This document shows, piece after piece, positions 59,977 to 64,000 of a stretch of DNA of 64,000 bases. A program made the translations under genes and the position numbers. Where the stretch lies: NCBI GenBank assembly GCA_965261595.1, contig CBDHDG010000007.1:1120001-1184000 (forward strand). Reading direction: 5' to 3'. The notes beneath the pieces are model-generated. The model searched no databases. It worked only from the letters and a program-made list of their open reading frames with translations, and was not told the DNA's origin. Position 1 is the stretch's first letter. Each line of letters starts with the position of its first letter. The stretch comes from a bacterium (GTDB lineage: Bacteria; UBA8248; JACPRG01; G963555815).

Positions 59977-60148
59977 AAATCCGCGTTAAGTGGGTGAGAA
60001 TTCCAGGCCGCCCTTTCCATCGCGGTCCGATTCGTGGGAAAATCCCCTTGATGGACGGCAGGGTCCCGGAGGCGTGTCCCTCGTTCGCTCCTCTTTGTCA
60101 GCGGATGTTCGCGGGACGCCGATTCGGCCGGATTCAACAAAGGGTCCC

Positions 60149-60835
60149 ATGATCGATAAAGTCTATCCCGACTGCGCGGCGGCGGTGGCCGACATCCCCG
60201 ACGGGGCGGTCATCATGTTCGGGGGGTTCGGGGACGCGGGCGTGGCCGAGAACCTGACCCGGGCGCTGGCCGATCAGGGCGCGAAGGACCTCGTCGCCAT
60301 CTCGAACGCGGCGGGCCAAATGGAGCGCGGCCTCTCCATGCTGTTCCGGAACAACCAGGTCCGCAAGATCCTGGCGAGTTTTCCGGTTCCCGGGTGCAGT
60401 GACGCGTTTGAAGAGCGCCTGAAATCCGGGGAGACGGAGCTCGAGCTGATCCCCCAGGGAACGCTGGTCGAGCGGATGCGCGCGGCGGCGGCCGGCCTGG
60501 GCGGGTTCTACACCCCCACCGGCGTGGGCACCCCGGTGGCCGAGGGCAAGGAGGTGCGCGCCATCGACGGGCGGGAATACGTCCTGGAGCTCCCCCTCGC
60601 GGCCGATTACGCGATCCTCAAGGCCCGGCGGGGGGACCCGATGGGGAATGTTATTTACCGGATGACCGCGCGGAACTTCAATCCCGTCATGGCGGCCGCC
60701 GCGCGGGTGACCATCATCGAGGTCGAGGAGCGGGTCGAAACGGGCGCGCTGGACCCGGAGCGCGTGGACACGCCGGGGATCTTCGTCCAGCGGATTGTCG
60801 AAGGAGAGGATGATGAGCGCGGCTGGGTTGAGTAG
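60149..60835 (+). CDS. 3-oxoacid CoA-transferase subunit A
   Basis: MIDKV, GGFG, PQGTLVERMRA, GFYTPTGVGT, TARNFNPVMA, TPGIFV. Confidence 0.95.
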   Translation: MIDKVYPDCAAAVADIPDGAVIMFGGFGDAGVAENLTRALADQGAKDLVAISNAAGQMERGLSMLFRNNQVRKILASFPVPGCSDAFEERLKSGETELELIPQGTLVERMRAAAAGLGGFYTPTGVGTPVAEGKEVRAIDGREYVLELPLAADYAILKARRGDPMGNVIYRMTARNFNPVMAAAARVTIIEVEERVETGALDPERVDTPGIFVQRIVEGEDDERGWVE

Positions 60836-61499
60836 AGAAGGGATGGCCGCCCGGGCGGCCCGGGAGGTGAAAGACGGCGACACCGTCAACCTGGGGCAGG
60901 GCATGCCGACCCTTGTGGGGAACTACATCCCCGCCGGCCTCCAGGTGATGCTGCACGGGGAGAACGGCATCCTGGGGTTCGGCGCGCGGCCGCCGAGAGA
61001 AGAATGGGATCAGGACCTCATCAACGCGGGCAAGGAAGCGGTCTCGCTGGCCCCGGGGGCGAGCTTTTTTTCCTCCGACGTTTCTTTCTTAATGATCCGG
61101 GGAGGCCACCTGGACATCTGCATCCTCGGGGCTTACCAGGTCTCCGAGACCGGGGACATCGCCAACTGGAGTGCCCCGGGCCGCACGTTCGGCGGGATGG
61201 GCGGGGCCATGGACATCGCCGCCGGGGCCCGACATCTCATCGCCCTCACCACCCACGTCCATAAGGACGGCTCGCCGAAACTCGTCAAGACGTGCACCTA
61301 CCCCCTGACGGCGAAACGGGCGGTTCACCGGGTCATCACGGATCTGGCGGTCGTCGACGTGACGGATGAGGGGCTCCTGCTGCGGGAGATCGTCCCCGGG
61401 CTGGAGGTCGAAGAGCTCCAGGAGATGACGGCGCCGAAATTGAAAGTGGCCGAAGACCTGAAACCCCTCGAGGTTTCCGCCGCGGCGGTTTCAGGTTGA
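60810..61499 (+). CDS. 3-oxoacid CoA-transferase subunit B
   Basis: VNLGQGMPT, GENG, DLINAGK, MIRGGH, GMGGAMD, CTYPLT. Confidence 0.95.
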   Translation: MMSAAGLSREGMAARAAREVKDGDTVNLGQGMPTLVGNYIPAGLQVMLHGENGILGFGARPPREEWDQDLINAGKEAVSLAPGASFFSSDVSFLMIRGGHLDICILGAYQVSETGDIANWSAPGRTFGGMGGAMDIAAGARHLIALTTHVHKDGSPKLVKTCTYPLTAKRAVHRVITDLAVVDVTDEGLLLREIVPGLEVEELQEMTAPKLKVAEDLKPLEVSAAAVSG

Positions 61500-61572
61500 C
61501 CGCCCGAAACCCGATCGGTGAGCGCGCCCGCCGCGTCCGGCCGGCGCCGTCCCGCGGGAAAGGAATCGACCC

Positions 61573-62424
61573 ATGACCGATGAAGTGACCGCGATCGACA
61601 TCCATGTCCACCCGGCCGATGAGTCCCATGTGAAGTTTCTGGGGCGGTTTCACGATCACGCCGAAAAGTATTTCCGCAGGAAGATGGAGGTTGTCAGCCT
61701 GGATGAGACGGCCGACAACTACCGCTCGCTCAACATGAAGGCCGTTCTTCTGGCGCTGGATTGCGAGAGCAACTTCGGCACCCCGGCCGTCTCGAACGAG
61801 CACGTGGCGGCGGCCGTCAAAAAGCATCCGGACGTCTTCATGGGATTCGGAAGCGTGGACCCGTGGAAGGGCAAGAAGGCGCTGGAGGCGGTCGACAAGG
61901 TCCGGGACCTGGGGCTGATCGGGATGAAGTTCCACGCCGCCGAGCAGGCGTTCTTTCCCAATGACCAACGGTTTTATCCCCTGTGGGCGAAGTGCGCCGA
62001 ATGGGAGCTGCCGTGTCTGTTTCACATCGGGATGTGCGGGATCGGCGCGGGCGCCCCGGGGGGGATGGGCCTGAAGCTCAAGTATGTCCGTCCCATCCCT
62101 TACGTGGATGACGTGGCCGCGGATTTCCCCGAGCTGACGATCATCGGGGCGCACCCGGCCTGGCCCTGGCAGGACGAGATGCTGGCCGTCGCCATGCACA
62201 AAGCCAACGTTTACATCGATCTCTCCGGCTGGTCCCCGAAGTATTTCCCGCCTTCCCTGGTCCACTACACGAACTTCGCTTTGGGCGACAAGGTGCTCTT
62301 CGGCTCGGATTACCCGGTCCTCACCCCCGAGCGGTGGATGAAGGACTTCGAGGGGGCGGGCTTCAAGGAGGAACTTCACCCGAAGATATTCCGAGAAAAC
62401 GCGAAGCGGCTGTTGAAACTCTAG
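61573..62424 (+). CDS. Amidohydrolase_2 family protein
   Basis: IDIHVH, KFH, AHPAWPWQDE, IDLSGWSPKYF, LFGSDYP. Confidence 0.92.
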   Translation: MTDEVTAIDIHVHPADESHVKFLGRFHDHAEKYFRRKMEVVSLDETADNYRSLNMKAVLLALDCESNFGTPAVSNEHVAAAVKKHPDVFMGFGSVDPWKGKKALEAVDKVRDLGLIGMKFHAAEQAFFPNDQRFYPLWAKCAEWELPCLFHIGMCGIGAGAPGGMGLKLKYVRPIPYVDDVAADFPELTIIGAHPAWPWQDEMLAVAMHKANVYIDLSGWSPKYFPPSLVHYTNFALGDKVLFGSDYPVLTPERWMKDFEGAGFKEELHPKIFRENAKRLLKL

Positions 62425-62434
62425 GCTGGATTTC

Positions 62435-64000
62435 TCACAAAGGTTTCGATGGGGCCGCACCCCCCCCGGCCGGGAAGTCGGCGATGACCGCGAGAAAATC
62501 CTCGCCGTAACGCTTGAGCTTCGCCTTGCCGATGCCGGAAATTTGCTGAAGGTCTTCCAGACTCCCGGGCTTTCCGTTCGCCATCTCGATCAGCGTGCTG
62601 TCATGAAAGATAACATAGGCGGGTATGCCCTGTTCATTCGCGAGCTCCAGCCTCCGGGCGCGCAGGGCCTCGAACAAGGTTTCTTCCGCCCGCCCGTCCA
62701 GCTCGGCCCGCTCCCGGGATATTCCGGCGCCGGCTCTCCCGGCCTTCGCCCGCCGCTTGCGGACCGGGTCCCGGCGAAAATCGATGCGCCGCTCCCCCCG
62801 CAGCACCTCCCGGCAATTCTCCCCCAGGCGCAATCCTCCGTGGCCCTGGATGTCCACGACGAGAAGCCCCATCGCCACAAGCTGGCGGAAGACGGAATGC
62901 CATTCCGCCCGGGGGCGCTCTTTGCCGATGCCGTAAGTGCTCAAGCGGTCATGGCGGAATTTTTGAATCCGCTCCGTTTCCCCGCCGAGCAGCACGTCGA
63001 TGACGTGGCCGGCGCCGAACATCTGCCCGGTCCGGTAAACGCAGGAGAGCGCCATCTGCGCCTCGCGGGACCCGTCGAAGCTGTCGACCGGCTCCAGGCA
63101 GGTGTCACAGTTCCCGCAGGCCGCGGGGTGCGCCTCGCCGAAATATTCGATCAACACCTGCCTTCGGCAGCGCGTGGTCTCGCAGTATCCGAGGAGCGCG
63201 TTCAGTTTCTGGCGCTCGACCTGCTTCTGCCGCTCGGCCGCGTCGGAATCCTCGATCCACCGGCGCTGTTTCACGGCGTCTTCCAGGCCGTAGGCCATCC
63301 ATGCGTCCGACGGCAGCCCGTCGCGTCCGGCGCGCCCCGTTTCCTGGTAATAGGCCTCGACGCTTTTGGGCAGGTCCAGGTGAGCGACGAAACGGACGTC
63401 CGGCTTATCGATGCCCATGCCGAAGGCGATGGTCGCGGCCATCACGATCCCTTCTTCCTTCAGGAAGCGGTCCTGGTTCCGGGCGCGAAGGGCCGTGTCC
63501 AGTCCGGCGTGATAGGGGAGGGACTGAAACCCCCGCTCCGACAGCCATTGGGCCGTCTCCTCGGTCTTCCGGCGGGAGATGCAGTAGACAATCCCCGATT
63601 CGCCCTCGTGCCCGGGGGTGAGGAATTCGAGAAGCTGGTCCCGCGGGTTCTGCTTGGGGACGACGCGGTATTGGATGTTGGGCCGGTCGAAGCCCGAGAC
63701 GAACACGCGGCCCCCGGCCGAATCCGGCGACAGACCCAGCCGCTCCACGATGTCCCGGCGGGTCGGCCCGTCCGCCGTGGCGGTCAGCGCGATCCGGGGG
63801 ACGGAGGGAAATCGTTCGCGCAGCACGGCTAGTCGGAGATATTCCGGCCGGAAGTCGTGCCCCCATTGCGAGACGCAATGGGCCTCGTCGATGGCGAACA
63901 GCGCCACCTTGCAGGATTCGATGAGGTTCAGGCAGGAGTCCGTCAGAAGGCGTTCCGGCGCGATGTAAACGAGATCGAGCGCGCCGTCCCGCATTTGCCG
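62435..64000 (-). CDS. recQ: DNA helicase RecQ, 5'-partial at window edge
   Basis: [48 protein letters not shown] zinc motif, HRDC domain. Confidence 0.97.
   Translation of the reverse strand, partial: RQMRDGALDLVYIAPERLLTDSCLNLIESCKVALFAIDEAHCVSQWGHDFRPEYLRLAVLRERFPSVPRIALTATADGPTRRDIVERLGLSPDSAGGRVFVSGFDRPNIQYRVVPKQNPRDQLLEFLTPGHEGESGIVYCISRRKTEETAQWLSERGFQSLPYHAGLDTALRARNQDRFLKEEGIVMAATIAFGMGIDKPDVRFVAHLDLPKSVEAYYQETGRAGRDGLPSDAWMAYGLEDAVKQRRWIEDSDAAERQKQVERQKLNALLGYCETTRCRRQVLIEYFGEAHPAACGNCDTCLEPVDSFDGSREAQMALSCVYRTGQMFGAGHVIDVLLGGETERIQKFRHDRLSTYGIGKERPRAEWHSVFRQLVAMGLLVVDIQGHGGLRLGENCREVLRGERRIDFRRDPVRKRRAKAGRAGAGISRERAELDGRAEETLFEALRARRLELANEQGIPAYVIFHDSTLIEMANGKPGSLEDLQQISGIGKAKLKRYGEDFLAVIADFPAGGGAAPSKPL

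Overview
GC-rich bacterial chromosomal segment of core metabolic genes interrupted by mobile-DNA debris. Metabolic content: a complete F420 operon (cofG-cofH-nitroreductase-cofD-cofC-cofE), leuCD, glycerate kinase-pyk, 2-oxoacid dehydrogenase E1 alpha/beta with an aldehyde dehydrogenase, several SDRs and amidohydrolases, a CoA-transferase pair, recQ (partial) and a Rieske/cytochrome b/nonaheme cytochrome c operon. Accessory content: a decayed AT-rich C5-methyltransferase/endonuclease/Vsr cassette, two 900-bp IS1595 copies, a 2.45-kb IS1595 carrying a methyltransferase-nuclease passenger, an IS256, a dead IS3, an integrase remnant with an att-like region, and several short intergenic repeat families. 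The four strongest observations missed by the ORF track are: (1) the IS256 sits in the Tat signal of the Rieske gene, and its end supplies a new coupled start codon and rebuilds an SRRGFF motif; (2) a DsbA/FrnE-like gene has an in-frame UGA at the catalytic Cys position (CxxU) followed by a SECIS-like hairpin; (3) a three-copy repeat lies just after stop codons and shows a compensatory base-pair change; (4) a small basic coiled-coil/RGRP/winged-helix protein is a candidate nucleoid protein or xenogeneic silencer. Several single-base frameshifts and nonsense codons could be real decay or assembly error. No tRNA, rRNA or CRISPR array was recognised. All calls come from reading motifs by eye; no searches were run.
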